Shown here: in pieces, positions 24,851 to 34,992 of the stretch
Layout of the letters: each line of letters begins with the position of its first letter
How positions within the stretch are numbered: position 1 is the stretch's first letter
Assembly: GCA_020025395.1 (NCBI GenBank)
Contig: JAHHSE010000001.1
Coordinates: 1 to 36,739, forward strand
Origin: Oscillospiraceae bacterium
GTDB lineage: Bacteria > Bacillota > Clostridia > Oscillospirales > Oscillospiraceae
Length of the DNA stretch: 36,739 nucleotides
Direction: 5' to 3'
Notes under the pieces: generated by a model
Told to the model about the DNA's origin: nothing
The model's database searches: none
The model's input: only the letters and a program-made list of their open reading frames with translations
Position numbers and translations under genes: made by a program

Positions 24851-26644
24851 TCACTGCCTGGCCTTTCCGTCCACAACCTTTCGGAGCAGAGCGGTGAAGT
24901 CCTCCTTGGACATGGCGCCCAGATCTCCCTCCGCCCGATGGCGGACCGAGACCGTCCCGGCCTCCACATCCCGGTCTCCCACCACCAGCATATAGGGGAC
25001 CTTTTCCAGCTGAGCCTCCCGGATCTTCTTTCCGATCTTCTCGTTCCGGTCGTCCACCTCCACCCGGAAGCCCTGGGCAAAGAGGGTGTTTTTCAGCTCA
25101 TAGGCATAGTCGTCCGCCCGGTCGGTCACCGTCATGATGCGCACCTGTTCCGGCGCCATCCAGGTGGGCAGGGCGCCGGCGTACTCCTCCAGGAGGTAAG
25201 CCAGGGTCCGCTCGTAGCAGCCCAGGGAGGTGCGGTGGATGATGTAGGGGGTCTTCTTCTGACCGTCCGCATCCACATACTCCATCCCAAACTGCCTGGC
25301 CAGGAGCATATCGATCTGGATGGTGACCAGGGTATCCTCCTTACCGAACACATTCTTATATTGAATGTCCAGCTTGGGACCATAGAAGGCGGCCTCATCA
25401 ATGCCGACTTCATATGCTACATCCAGATCGTCCAGGATTTTGGCCATGGTGTTTTGGGCCAGCTCCCACTGCTCCGGGGTGCCCTCATACTTGTTGTTGG
25501 GGTTTGCGGGGTCCCACTGGGAGAAGCGGAAGCTGCACTTGTCCAGCAGGCCCACCGTGTCCAGGCAGTATTTCGCAAGATCCAGACAGCCCTTAAACTC
25601 CTCCTCCAGCTGCTCCGGACGGAGGATGAGGTGGCCTTCCGAAATGGTGAACTGACGGACCCGGATGAGTCCGTGCATCTCCCCGGAATCCTCGTTCCGG
25701 AAGAGGGTGGAGGTCTCTCCCAGACGCATGGGGAGGTCCCGATAGGACCGGGCGCGGTTCAGAAAGACCTGATACTGGAAGGGACAGGTCATGGGACGGA
25801 GGGCAAAGCACTCCTTGGTCTCATCCTGAGGCTCACCCAGCACGAACATCCCGTCCAGATAGTGGTCCCAGTGGCCGGAGATCTTGTAAAGCTCCCGTTT
25901 CGCCATATAGGGGGTCTTGGTGAGGAGGTAGCCCCGCTCCCGCTCCACATCCTCCACCCAGCGCTGGAGGGTCTGGATCACTCTTGCCCCCTTGGGCAGG
26001 ATGATGGGCAGGCCCTGACCAATCACATCCACGGTGGTGAAGTATTCCAGCTCACGGCCCAGCTTGTTGTGATCCCGCTTGAGGGCCTCGGCCTGTCTCT
26101 CCAGATACTCGTCCAGCTCATCCTTTTTGGGGAAGGCGATGCCGTAAATCCGCTGGAGCATCTTTCGGTTGGAGTCCCCCCGCCAATAGGCCCCGGTGGC
26201 GGAGGTGAGCTTGATGGCGTTTCCCTTCACCCGTCCGGTGGAATCCAGATGGGGACCGGCACACAGGTCGGTGAAGTCCCCCTGCCTGTAGAAGGAGATC
26301 ACGGCATCCTCCGGCAGGTCCCGGATCAGCTCCACCTTATAAGGCTCCTCCTTCTCCTCCATCAGCTTGAGGGCCTCGGCCCGGGGCAGCTCGAACCGTT
26401 CCAGCTTCAGCTTTTCCTTGCAGATCTTCCGCATCTCCGCCTCCAGCTCTCCCAGGTCGTCCGGGGTAAAGGGGACGGGGGTGTCAAAATCATAGTAAAA
26501 GCCAGTTTCAATGGCGGGGCCGATGGCCAGCTTCACCTCGGGATGAAGCCGCTTCATCGCCTGGGCCAGAATGTGGGAGACCGTATGCCAGTAAGTTTTA
26601 CGGTATTGTTCATTTTCAAAGGTGTATCCATTTTCTTCGCTCAT
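24851..26644 (-). CDS. thrS: threonyl-tRNA synthetase (no N-terminal TGS domain)
   Basis: The editing-domain motif HTVSHILAQAMKRLHPEVKLAIGPAIETGFYYDFD sits at the very N-terminus. Class II motifs are present (FRNEDSGEMHGLIRVRQFT, ...GPKLDIQ..., ...HRTSLGCYER). I chose the ATG at 26644 with AGAGGAGGA 7 nt upstream. Confidence 0.95.
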   Translation of the reverse strand: MSEENGYTFENEQYRKTYWHTVSHILAQAMKRLHPEVKLAIGPAIETGFYYDFDTPVPFTPDDLGELEAEMRKICKEKLKLERFELPRAEALKLMEEKEEPYKVELIRDLPEDAVISFYRQGDFTDLCAGPHLDSTGRVKGNAIKLTSATGAYWRGDSNRKMLQRIYGIAFPKKDELDEYLERQAEALKRDHNKLGRELEYFTTVDVIGQGLPIILPKGARVIQTLQRWVEDVERERGYLLTKTPYMAKRELYKISGHWDHYLDGMFVLGEPQDETKECFALRPMTCPFQYQVFLNRARSYRDLPMRLGETSTLFRNEDSGEMHGLIRVRQFTISEGHLILRPEQLEEEFKGCLDLAKYCLDTVGLLDKCSFRFSQWDPANPNNKYEGTPEQWELAQNTMAKILDDLDVAYEVGIDEAAFYGPKLDIQYKNVFGKEDTLVTIQIDMLLARQFGMEYVDADGQKKTPYIIHRTSLGCYERTLAYLLEEYAGALPTWMAPEQVRIMTVTDRADDYAYELKNTLFAQGFRVEVDDRNEKIGKKIREAQLEKVPYMLVVGDRDVEAGTVSVRHRAEGDLGAMSKEDFTALLRKVVDGKARQ

Positions 26645-26675
26645 ACAGAAGTCCTCCTCTTTCATAAGGGATCAT

Positions 26676-26910
26676 CAAAAAAGACCTCACCCCTGACCAT
26701 TCAGGGGTGAAGTCTTCCTGCTCCACGGTTCCACCCTGCTTGCGGCCCGATCGGCCGCCGCTCGATGCCTCTGTAACGGGAGGGCCCGGTCCCGGTTCGC
26801 CGGGACGGCTCCGGAGCGGTATCTGTTCCGCCTGCTTCGCAGGGACCTTTCAGCCGTTGGTCCCCTCTCTGTGCGGCACTGCGGACAAAAACTCCTTCTC
26901 AGCCTTTGAC
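26676..26910 (-). promoter_or_regulatory. T-box riboswitch leader, Thr specifier (ACC)
   Basis: On the minus strand I see a GA/K-turn (GGCTGAGAAGGAG...CTCCGGAGCC), an AG bulge AGAGAG and the distal stem GGGACC-aacggctgaaa-GGTCCC. The specifier internal loop ACAGAUACCG places ACC plus a purine next to the closing helix. The T-box sequence is AGGGTGGAACCGTGG (26723-26737). The terminator is AAGACTTCACCCCTGA-atgg-TCAGGGGTGAGGTCTT followed by TTTTG (26676-26716). Confidence 0.85.
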
Positions 26911-26916
26911 CCCACC

Positions 26917-26945
26917 ACTATATCACCAGAAGAAAGGGTTGTCAA
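26917..26945 (-). promoter_or_regulatory. sigma-A promoter of the thrS T-box leader
   Basis: The minus strand reads TTGACA-17 nt-TATAGT, directly upstream of Stem I. Confidence 0.7.
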
Positions 26946-27030
26946 CAGGAAATCCTCCTCTTTTTCTCCGGCTTCCCACCTCCCTCCATCAAGTACAAAT
27001 TGTAATAAAAGGCTGAATAATCTCTATTCG

Positions 27031-28722
27031 TTATCTTCTTTTCCCCTTCGGACCCCGTTTGGGCGGGCGGTAACGGCCTTTTTTTCGATTGCGCTCGATC
27101 ACCTTTCGGGCGCTGTTTTTTCCTCTTCCCTGGGAGCGGGGGGCTCTCTCCCGGAGGGGGACGATGTTCCCCTCCTCATCCAGCAGGGCCAGGTCCACCT
27201 GTCCCAGGCCTCCATGGGCGGCGGCGCAGAGAACGGGAAGGGTCATGCCGAAGGCGTACCGTGCTTTGGTGCGCTCCCCGATGAGGGCCATGTGGTCCTC
27301 GTCAAATAAATAGAAATCCTCCGGGAGGGCCCGCACCGGAAGAAGGCCGTCCACCCCGTTGGGCAGGGTGAGAAAGAGGCCAAAGGAGGTTACCCCTGTG
27401 ACCAACCCCAAAAAGGCCTCTCCCACATGATCCTCCATATACTCCGCCAGATAGAGCTTTTCAATCTCCCGCTCGGCGGTCATGGCGGCCGCCTCCCGCT
27501 GGGAGCCTTGGATGGCAGCGGTCTTGCAGGCGTTGGCCAGCCTCCGAAGGGCGGTCTCCCCCGTCTTTCCGGTCAGCTCGGCGGTGAGGACCCGGTTGAC
27601 CATCAGATCGGGATAGCGGCGAATGGGGGAGGTAAAGTGGCAGTAATCCTCTGCCGCCAGCCCAAAATGTCCCAGATTTTCGGGGGAGTAGACGGCCTTC
27701 ATCATGGTGCGGAGGACCAGCATATTCACCTGAATCTCCTCCGGGGTCCCCTTGCTTTTTCTCAGCAGGGATTGAAAACTCTTTTGTCCGCTACCCTTTA
27801 CCTCATATCCAAGGGGGGCCAGCATCTGTCTGAGGGCCTTGCACTTTTCCTCACTGGGGGCCTCATGGACCCGATAGACGGCGGGCAGTCCCCGCCGGGC
27901 CAGATGACCCGCCACCGTCTCATTGGCCAGGAGCATCATGGATTCAATGATCTGTTCCGACACTCCCGTCTCCCTGCGGCAGACCTCCACAGGCCTTCCC
28001 TCCGGATCACAGAGGATCTGCCGCTCCCCGGTCTCCAGATCCAGGGCCCCCCGGCGGCGGCGCTTTGCGGTGAGGACCTCGTTTAACTTTTCCAGATCCT
28101 TCAATGCGGGCAGAATCCGGGCATACCGCTCCTCCAGCCCGGTGCCCGCCTCCCCGGAGAGCAGGAGGTTGCACACCCGATAGGTCATCCGCTCGCAGCT
28201 TCGGATCACCGACCGGGAAAGACGGTACTCCCTCACCTCCCCTCTCTGATCCACCGTCATAAAGCAGGAGAGGGTCAGCCGGTCCACCCCCGGATTCAGG
28301 GAGCAGATTCCATTGGATAGAGAGACGGGGAGCATGGGGGCCACCTGATCTGCATAGTAGACCGAGGTCCCCCGCTCAAAGGCCTCCCGGTCCAAAAGGG
28401 AGCCAAGCCTGACATAGTGGCCCACATCGGCAATGTGGACCCCCAGGCACACGGCACCGTCCTCCCGCCGGGTGAGGGAAACCCCGTCATCAAAGTCCTT
28501 GGAGTGATCCCCGTCTATGGTAAAAATGGTTTCCTCCCGAAGGTCCTCCCGGTCTTTCAGGTCCTTTTCCGTGACCTGGCCGGGCATTCGGGCGGCGGCG
28601 GCCTCCACCTCCCTGGGGAAACGGGGGTCAATGTGTTTGTCCTCTAAAATCGCCTTGACGGCGCTTTCACGGGTGGGGAGAAGGGGCGCCTTTTTCCCTG
28701 CCTGTTCCTTTTTTCTTTTCAT
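27031..28722 (-). CDS. rnr: RNase R / RNase II-family 3'-5' exoribonuclease (short form: RNB plus S1, no N-terminal cold-shock domains)
   Basis: The RNB motifs IDGDHSKDFDDGVSL, HIADV, YYADQVAPMLP and HFGL...YCHFTSPIRRYPDL are present. The S1-like segment is GLVTGVTSFGLFLTLPNGVDGLL, followed by a basic C-terminal tail. Confidence 0.9.
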   Translation of the reverse strand: MKRKKEQAGKKAPLLPTRESAVKAILEDKHIDPRFPREVEAAAARMPGQVTEKDLKDREDLREETIFTIDGDHSKDFDDGVSLTRREDGAVCLGVHIADVGHYVRLGSLLDREAFERGTSVYYADQVAPMLPVSLSNGICSLNPGVDRLTLSCFMTVDQRGEVREYRLSRSVIRSCERMTYRVCNLLLSGEAGTGLEERYARILPALKDLEKLNEVLTAKRRRRGALDLETGERQILCDPEGRPVEVCRRETGVSEQIIESMMLLANETVAGHLARRGLPAVYRVHEAPSEEKCKALRQMLAPLGYEVKGSGQKSFQSLLRKSKGTPEEIQVNMLVLRTMMKAVYSPENLGHFGLAAEDYCHFTSPIRRYPDLMVNRVLTAELTGKTGETALRRLANACKTAAIQGSQREAAAMTAEREIEKLYLAEYMEDHVGEAFLGLVTGVTSFGLFLTLPNGVDGLLPVRALPEDFYLFDEDHMALIGERTKARYAFGMTLPVLCAAAHGGLGQVDLALLDEEGNIVPLRERAPRSQGRGKNSARKVIERNRKKGRYRPPKRGPKGKRR

Positions 28723-28763
28723 ATTAATACCTCAAAGCGGAGTTTCTTTTGGGAAAATCAAAC

Positions 28764-28796
28764 AAAAAACGCCCTTCCAAACGGAACGGCGTTTTT
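28764..28796 (-). terminator. secG terminator (hairpin flanked by A- and T-runs)
   Basis: On the minus strand, AAAAACGCCGTTCC-gttt-GGAAGGGCGTTTTTTG (one mismatch) lies just after the secG stop. Confidence 0.6.
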
Positions 28797-28802
28797 GCGC
28801 TC

Positions 28803-29030
28803 TTAAATCAAAGACAGGGCCAGGACCAGCAGGATAAACAGAATGGCCACATATTTGGTCCAGCGGGCCAGCTTGGCATCCCAGCTCTTGGCCTTATTCT
28901 TGGCCAAAAAGGTATCCATACCACCGGCGATGGCACCGGACAGGCCGGCACTCTTACCGGACTGAAGCATGACAACGGCGATGAGGACGAGGGAAACCAC
29001 GACCACCAGGATGGTGAGAGCGAGCTGCAT
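28803..29030 (-). CDS. secG: preprotein translocase subunit SecG
   Basis: 75 aa: a TM helix, then LQSGKSAGLSGAIAGG (the SecG signature Gly-rich loop), then a second TM helix. The secG-rnr order is common in Firmicutes. The ATG is at 29028-29030. Confidence 0.85.
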   Translation of the reverse strand: MQLALTILVVVVSLVLIAVVMLQSGKSAGLSGAIAGGMDTFLAKNKAKSWDAKLARWTKYVAILFILLVLALSLI

Positions 29031-29230
29031 TGTGCATCTTCCTTTCCGCACCCACAGGGCGAATCTAAACGATCTCAGGGCATATCCGCCCAGCGTGGTT
29101 TCCACTATATCACAGAACGGCCCAAAATGCAAGTCCCACTTTTTCCCGTAAAATTTCCAGAAACCCCCATGGTTATTCAGGGGAAAAAGACACATTCTGA
29201 ACATGACATTTGAAGGAAAGGGTTTTTGCT

Positions 29231-30361
29231 GTGAAACGAATTTTTTGCGCCCTGCTGGCGCTGACACTTGGGGTCCTTCCCGCCCGGGCCATTTCCGGCG
29301 AGCCCTCGGTGGAGGCCCCCGCCGCCATTTTGATGGAGAAGGAGACCGGGACCATCCTCTACGAGCAAGGTGCCCACGACCGCTATGAGCCGGCCAGCGT
29401 CACCAAGATCATGACCATGCTCCTTGTGATGGAGGCCGTGGATTCCGGTCGGATTTCCATGGAGGACCGGGTTCAGGCCTCCGCCTACGCCTGCTCCATG
29501 GGGGGCAGTCAGATCTATTTAAAGGAAGGGGAGCAGATGACGGTCCGGGAGCTCCTCAAATCCGTTGCGGTGGCCTCTGCCAATGATGCCGCCGTGGCTC
29601 TGGCGGAGCATCTGGCGGGCAGCGAGTCCTCCTTTGTGGCATGGATGAATGAGCGGGCCGCCCAGCTGGGGATGAAGAATACCACCTTCTGCAACTGCAC
29701 CGGACTTCCCGACCCCGACCATCAGACCACCGCCTATGACATCGCCCTGATGAGCCGGGAGCTGATCCGTCATGAGGAGATCCGCGGCTTCACCACCATT
29801 TGGATGGATTCCGTCCGAGAAGGGCAGTTTCAGCTCTCCAACACCAACAAGCTCATCCGTTTTTACGATGGGGCCACCGGTCTGAAAACCGGGTTCACCG
29901 CCTCCGCCCTCTTCTGTCTCTCCGCCACGGCGGAACGGGACGGAATGGAGCTGATCGCGGTGGTCCTCCACGCCCCCACCTCCGAAAAGCGGTTTGAGTC
30001 CGCCAAATCTCTCCTCACCTTCGGATTTTCCAACTATGCCCTGGTGGAGGCCCGGCCCGACCAGGCTCTCCCCCCCGTTGATGTCTCCCTGGGGGTCTCC
30101 CCCGTGGTCCAGCCTGTTCTCAGGGAGCCGGGCAAAATCCTGGCAGACAAGGGAGAGCTCAATAAGATCACAACCTCTGTCCAGCTCACGGACCGGGTGG
30201 AGGCCCCGGTAGAGCAGGGGCAGAAGCTGGGGACCATGACCATCTATCTGGATGGCGTGGAGCAGAAGAGCATCCCCATTGTGGCAGATGCGGGGGTGGA
30301 TCGGCTCACCACAGGAGACGTGTTCACCCGCTTCCTCCGCCGGCTCTTCATGGCGGATTGA
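29231..30361 (+). CDS. D-alanyl-D-alanine carboxypeptidase (peptidase S11, PBP5-like)
   Basis: A signal peptide MKRIFCALLALTLGVLPARA is followed by active-site SVTK, then SAND (SxN) and KTGFT (KTG). I chose the GTG at 29231, preceded by GAAGGAAAGG. The TTG at 29210 (track start) is the alternative. Confidence 0.88.
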   Translation: MKRIFCALLALTLGVLPARAISGEPSVEAPAAILMEKETGTILYEQGAHDRYEPASVTKIMTMLLVMEAVDSGRISMEDRVQASAYACSMGGSQIYLKEGEQMTVRELLKSVAVASANDAAVALAEHLAGSESSFVAWMNERAAQLGMKNTTFCNCTGLPDPDHQTTAYDIALMSRELIRHEEIRGFTTIWMDSVREGQFQLSNTNKLIRFYDGATGLKTGFTASALFCLSATAERDGMELIAVVLHAPTSEKRFESAKSLLTFGFSNYALVEARPDQALPPVDVSLGVSPVVQPVLREPGKILADKGELNKITTSVQLTDRVEAPVEQGQKLGTMTIYLDGVEQKSIPIVADAGVDRLTTGDVFTRFLRRLFMAD

Positions 30362-30426
30362 TGCCGGGGGGAGACAGGATCGGCCCTTTTCCGAATCTGT
30401 CTCCCCCTCCCGTCGAAAAAAGACGC

Positions 30427-30454
30427 TTGCACCCGTAAAAAAGCAGGGTATAAT
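30427..30454 (+). promoter_or_regulatory. sigma-A-type promoter candidate P1 upstream of the glg operon
   Basis: TTGCAC-16 nt-TATAAT. Confidence 0.45.
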
Positions 30455-30520
30455 GTCAATAGAACCATGGGAGGGCTTTCTTTCCCCTCTCATTCTTTTC
30501 AAAAAAGCCCGTTCTTCTTC

Positions 30521-30549
30521 TTGACCTTCCCCGTTCCATGTTGTATAAT
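30521..30549 (+). promoter_or_regulatory. sigma-A-type promoter candidate P2 upstream of glgB
   Basis: TTGACC-17 nt-TATAAT, about 100 nt upstream of the glgB ATG. Confidence 0.6.
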
Positions 30550-30650
30550 TTATACAAATAAATCACCTTCGTCATTCTTTATATGAGCATCTTTTACAAG
30601 GTTCGACAAATTCTTTTCATGAATTATGTCGAAACCGCAAAGGAGGACCT

Positions 30651-32579
30651 ATGAAAAAGGAGAAAAAGGCCTTTTCCGCCGGGACTTCGGTCCGGGCATG
30701 GACTTATCTGGGCTGTCACCCTGCGTGTGAGAACGACCGGGAGGGGTATCGTTTCCGGGTCTGGGCGCCCAAGGCCAAGGGGGTCAGCCTCATGGGAGCG
30801 TTCAACGATTGGGACCCGGAGGCCAACCCCATGTTCCCGGTGGGAGACGGCATCTGGGAGTGCTTCCAGCCCGACCTCACCCTCTATGATCCCTATAAAT
30901 TCGCCATACATACCGCCGACGGCCGTGTTCTGGCCAAGGCGGACCCCTATGCCTTCCACGCGGAGACCCGCCCCGGGACCGCCTCTAAGGTCTATGATCT
31001 CTCCGGCTACCAATGGGGGGATCGGAAGTGGCTGGCCCGGCGCAGGACGCATCCCATCTACCACAGCCCCATGAATGTCTACGAGGTCCATCTGGGCTCC
31101 TGGCGGCGGACGGGAAGCGGAGAAATCCTCTCCTATCGGGACATCGCCCGCTTCCTGGTCCCCTATGTGAAGGAGATGGGCTATACCCATGTGGAGCTGA
31201 TGCCGGTCACGGAGTTCCCCTATGACGGCTCCTGGGGCTATCAATGCACCGGATATTTTGCCGTCACCAGCCGTTTCGGCACCCCCCACGACTTTATGTA
31301 TCTGGTGGACCAGCTCCACCAGGCCGGGATCGGGGTGATCCTGGACTGGGTCCCCGCCCATTTCCCCAAGGATGCCTTCGGCCTTTACGAGTTTGACGGG
31401 ACCCCCACCTATGAGTATGCCGACACCCGGAAGGGGGAGCATCCCGACTGGGGCACACGGGTCTTTGACTATGCCAGAAACGAGGTCCGCTCCTTCCTCA
31501 TCTCCTCCGCCATGTTCTGGCTGGAGGAATTCCATGCGGACGGCCTCCGGGTGGACGCGGTGGCCTCCATGCTCTATCTGGACTACGGACGGCAGGAGGG
31601 ACAGTGGGTCCCCAACCGATATGGCGGACACGAGAATCTGGAGGCGGTGGATTTTCTGCAAAAGCTCAACGAGGCCGTTTTCCTGGACCATCCCGATGTG
31701 CTGATGATCGCGGAGGAGTCCACCGCCTGGCCCAAGGTGACCCACCCCACCAGCGAGGGGGGGCTGGGCTTTAACCTCAAGTGGAACATGGGGTGGATGA
31801 ACGACCTCCAGCACTACATCAAGCTGGACCCCTATTTCCGCCAGTTTAACCACAAGGATATCACCTTCTCCTTCCTGTATGCTTTTTCCGAAAACTTTGT
31901 TCTCCCCTTCTCCCACGATGAGGTGGTCCACCTGAAAGGCTCCCTTCTCTCCAAAATGCCGGGGGATGACGAGCAGAAGTACGCCGGGGTCCGGGTTTTC
32001 CTCACCTATATGCTGACCCATCCCGGGAAAAAGCTCCTTTTCATGGGGGCGGAGTTCGGTCAATGGCACGAGTGGCAGTATGAGTATTCCCTGGACTGGC
32101 ATCTTCTGGACCAGGGGGATGAGGACGGGGCCCGCCACCGGGCGCTCCACGCCTTTTTCAAAGCGGCCAACGCCCTCTATCTGGCCCAAAGGCCTCTTTG
32201 GGAGCTGGATTTCTCCTGGGAGGGCTTTGAATGGATCTGCGCCGACGACAACACCGCCAACACCGCCGCCTTCCTGCGGAAGGATAAACGGGGGAGCTTT
32301 CTGGTGGTCCTGTGCAACTTCTCTCCCACCTATCACAGGGGCTACCGGATCGGAGTCCCCTGCCGGGGGGTGTATCAGGAGATCTTCAATACCGATGAGG
32401 TCCTTTTCGGCGGCCAGGGCCGTCTCAACCCCGAACCCCTGCACACCAGTGATGAACCCTGCCACGGCAGGCCCCAGCAGCTGGCCGTGGATATTCCCCC
32501 CATGGGCGCTGTGATTTTGAAGTGCGTGAAAAAAAAGCCGCCTCTCAAGCGTCTTTCCAAGCCACAGCAACAGGTGTGA
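30651..32579 (+). CDS. glgB: 1,4-alpha-glucan branching enzyme
   Basis: 642 aa with GH13 motifs (GIGVILDWVPAHF, GLRVDAVASMLY, MIAEEST, FVLPFSHDEV). AAAGGAGGA RBS is present. Confidence 0.95.
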   Translation: MKKEKKAFSAGTSVRAWTYLGCHPACENDREGYRFRVWAPKAKGVSLMGAFNDWDPEANPMFPVGDGIWECFQPDLTLYDPYKFAIHTADGRVLAKADPYAFHAETRPGTASKVYDLSGYQWGDRKWLARRRTHPIYHSPMNVYEVHLGSWRRTGSGEILSYRDIARFLVPYVKEMGYTHVELMPVTEFPYDGSWGYQCTGYFAVTSRFGTPHDFMYLVDQLHQAGIGVILDWVPAHFPKDAFGLYEFDGTPTYEYADTRKGEHPDWGTRVFDYARNEVRSFLISSAMFWLEEFHADGLRVDAVASMLYLDYGRQEGQWVPNRYGGHENLEAVDFLQKLNEAVFLDHPDVLMIAEESTAWPKVTHPTSEGGLGFNLKWNMGWMNDLQHYIKLDPYFRQFNHKDITFSFLYAFSENFVLPFSHDEVVHLKGSLLSKMPGDDEQKYAGVRVFLTYMLTHPGKKLLFMGAEFGQWHEWQYEYSLDWHLLDQGDEDGARHRALHAFFKAANALYLAQRPLWELDFSWEGFEWICADDNTANTAAFLRKDKRGSFLVVLCNFSPTYHRGYRIGVPCRGVYQEIFNTDEVLFGGQGRLNPEPLHTSDEPCHGRPQQLAVDIPPMGAVILKCVKKKPPLKRLSKPQQQV

Positions 32580-32625
32580 CTGCTTCTGACCTGTTTCATT
32601 ACGAAGAAGAGAGGTGTATCCGATC

Positions 32626-33837
32626 ATGAAAAAGGAATGTGTGGCCATGCTCCTGGCCGGCGGTCAGGGCAGCCGATTAAAGGCCCTGACCAGCAAGGTG
32701 GCAAAGCCCGCCGTCCCCTTCGGCGGGAAATACCGCATCATTGATTTTCCCCTTTCCAACTGTGTGAACTCCGGAATCGATACCGTGGGGGTTCTCACCC
32801 AGTATAAGCCCCTGGAGCTCAACGCCTATATCGGCAACGGGCAGGCCTGGGACCTGGACCGCTCTGACGGCGGGGTCCATATCCTCCCCCCTTATGTGAT
32901 TGAGGGGGAGAGGGGGACATGGTACAAGGGGACCGCAAACGCCATCTACCAAAACATCAGCTTTTTAGAGTCCTACGATCCGGAATACGTGCTGATTCTC
33001 TCCGGGGATCACATCTACCGGATGGACTACGCCAAGATGCTGGCCCGCCACAAGGCCGCCCAGGCCGACTGCACCATCGCCGTGCTGGAGGTCACGCTGG
33101 AGGAGGCCTCCCGCTTCGGGATCATGAATGTGGATGAGGCGGACAACATCTATGAATTCGAGGAGAAACCCGCCCATCCCAAAAGCACCCTGGCCTCCAT
33201 GGGCATCTACATCTTCCGCTGGAAAAAGCTCCGGGAGTACCTCATCGCCGATGAGGCCCAGGAGGACAGCTCCAACGACTTTGGAAAAAACATTATCCCC
33301 GCCATGCTGAATGCGGGGGAAAAGCTGGTGGCCTATCGGTTTCAGGGCTATTGGAAGGATGTGGGCACCATCAGCTCCCTCTGGGACGCCAATATGGATA
33401 TGCTCTCTCCCGAATCCGGGATCGCCCTCCACGACAAGGGCTTCCCCATCTATTCCCGCACTCCGGTCCGTCCCCCCCACTATGTGGGTCCCCGTGCCCG
33501 TGTCTCCCACAGCATCATCTCCGACGGCTGTGAGGTGGAGGGTCTGGTGGAAAATTCCGTTCTCTTCCACTCGGTCCTTGTGGAGGAGGGCGCGGTGGTC
33601 CGCTACTCCATCCTGATGCCGGGGGCGGTTGTCAGGGCCGGGGCCGTGGTGGAATATTCCATTGTAGCGGAACACGCCGTCATTGGCGAGAAGGCCGTGA
33701 TCGGGGGGCCGCCGGACAGCTCCCCCAACTGGGGGGTGGCCGTGGTGGCCAACCGGGTCCATGTGGGGGCCTCCGCCACCGTTGCCCCCCAATCCATGGT
33801 CACCCATGACATCAAGGAAGGAGGAGGCACCCCATGA
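32626..33837 (+). CDS. glgC: glucose-1-phosphate adenylyltransferase
   Basis: [45 protein letters not shown] matches the family. I chose the ATG at 32626; the track start at 32614 is a GTG inside the RBS region. Confidence 0.93.
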   Translation: MKKECVAMLLAGGQGSRLKALTSKVAKPAVPFGGKYRIIDFPLSNCVNSGIDTVGVLTQYKPLELNAYIGNGQAWDLDRSDGGVHILPPYVIEGERGTWYKGTANAIYQNISFLESYDPEYVLILSGDHIYRMDYAKMLARHKAAQADCTIAVLEVTLEEASRFGIMNVDEADNIYEFEEKPAHPKSTLASMGIYIFRWKKLREYLIADEAQEDSSNDFGKNIIPAMLNAGEKLVAYRFQGYWKDVGTISSLWDANMDMLSPESGIALHDKGFPIYSRTPVRPPHYVGPRARVSHSIISDGCEVEGLVENSVLFHSVLVEEGAVVRYSILMPGAVVRAGAVVEYSIVAEHAVIGEKAVIGGPPDSSPNWGVAVVANRVHVGASATVAPQSMVTHDIKEGGGTP

Positions 33838-34949
33838 ACAATTTGCACGGAATCGTCTTTGCCTACCGCTCGGACCCCGTCCTTCGGGAGCTGACCGCCA
33901 ATCGGAACACCTCTTCCATCCCCTTTGGGGGCCGTTACCGTGTCATCGACTTTGCCCTCTCCAACCTGGTCAACGCCGGGGTGGGGGATGTGGGCCTCAT
34001 TGTCCAGTCCAATTATCAGTCCCTTCTGGACCATGTGGGTTCGGGCAAGGACTGGGACCTCTCCCGCAAGCGGGGCGGTCTCCGCATCCTCCCCCCCTTC
34101 AGCTACTCCGGCGGGGTCCATGGGGATACCTACCACGGACGGATGGAGGCCCTCGCGGGAGTGGTCTCCTATTTGGAACGCATCCGTCAGGACTATGTGG
34201 TCCTGGCGGGAGGGGATCTGGTCCTCAACCTCCCCCTGGCCAATGTCCTCACCCAGCACATTGACAGCGGAGCGGACATCACCGTGGTCTGCTCCACCAG
34301 GCCCCAGGGGGACCCCTCCAAATGCCTCTATGTCACCGTGGGGGGCGGCAGCCGGGTGAACGATGTCTCCATCCACCCCGCCGCTCCGGTGGGCTACGAG
34401 AGTTTGGATATCTACATCCTCTCCAAATCCCTCCTCCTCTCCCTGCTGGAGCACTGCTCCACCCATGGGATCTCCTCCTTCGGGGTGGGGGTGCTGCAAT
34501 CCATGATCCAGACCCTCAAGATCTGCCCCTATTTCTTTGATGGATTTGCCCCCAGGCTCCACTCCCTCTCGGCCTATTTTCAGACCAGCATGGCTCTCTT
34601 AAATCCCGCCGTCCGGGCCGATCTCTTTGATCCCGGCCGCCCCATCCGCACCAAGGACCGCTCCGATCCCTCCACCTACTACTCCCCGGAGTCCAAGGCT
34701 GTAAACTCCCTCATCGGAGACGGGTGTATTATTGAGGGAGAGGTGGAGCACTCCATCCTTTTCCGAGGCGTCCGGGTGGAGAAGGGGGCCCGCATCTCCA
34801 ATTCCATCCTGATGCAGGGAACCGTGGTGAGAGCCGGTGCCATCACCAACTATGTCATTGCCGATAAAAATGTGACCGTAGGGGCAGGACGGATGCTCAT
34901 GGGGTCTGATACCTACCCCATGGCTATCGCCAAAAACGCGGAGGTCTGA
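33834..34949 (+). CDS. glgD: glucose-1-phosphate adenylyltransferase regulatory subunit GlgD
   Basis: A paralogue of GlgC lacking the GGxGxRL motif (N-terminal [44 protein letters not shown]). It has a 4-nt overlap with glgC. Confidence 0.88.
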   Translation: MNNLHGIVFAYRSDPVLRELTANRNTSSIPFGGRYRVIDFALSNLVNAGVGDVGLIVQSNYQSLLDHVGSGKDWDLSRKRGGLRILPPFSYSGGVHGDTYHGRMEALAGVVSYLERIRQDYVVLAGGDLVLNLPLANVLTQHIDSGADITVVCSTRPQGDPSKCLYVTVGGGSRVNDVSIHPAAPVGYESLDIYILSKSLLLSLLEHCSTHGISSFGVGVLQSMIQTLKICPYFFDGFAPRLHSLSAYFQTSMALLNPAVRADLFDPGRPIRTKDRSDPSTYYSPESKAVNSLIGDGCIIEGEVEHSILFRGVRVEKGARISNSILMQGTVVRAGAITNYVIADKNVTVGAGRMLMGSDTYPMAIAKNAEV

Positions 34950-34992
34950 TCCTGTTTCTCCTCCCCATCTTACTATCGGAAAGGAGCAGTCT

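Noticed and set aside
24752-26710. 652-aa plus-strand ORF opposite thrS
   Set aside because: It is a mirror ORF of a confidently identified aminoacyl-tRNA synthetase, with a low-complexity G/L/P/H-rich translation. The same reasoning applies to 23491..24720, which lies opposite the lysO-like gene.
30467-30586. 39-codon ORF (MGGLSFPSHSFQKSPFFF...) in the glgB upstream region
   Set aside because: It has no ribosome-binding site, overlaps the stronger promoter candidate, and has a low-complexity composition.
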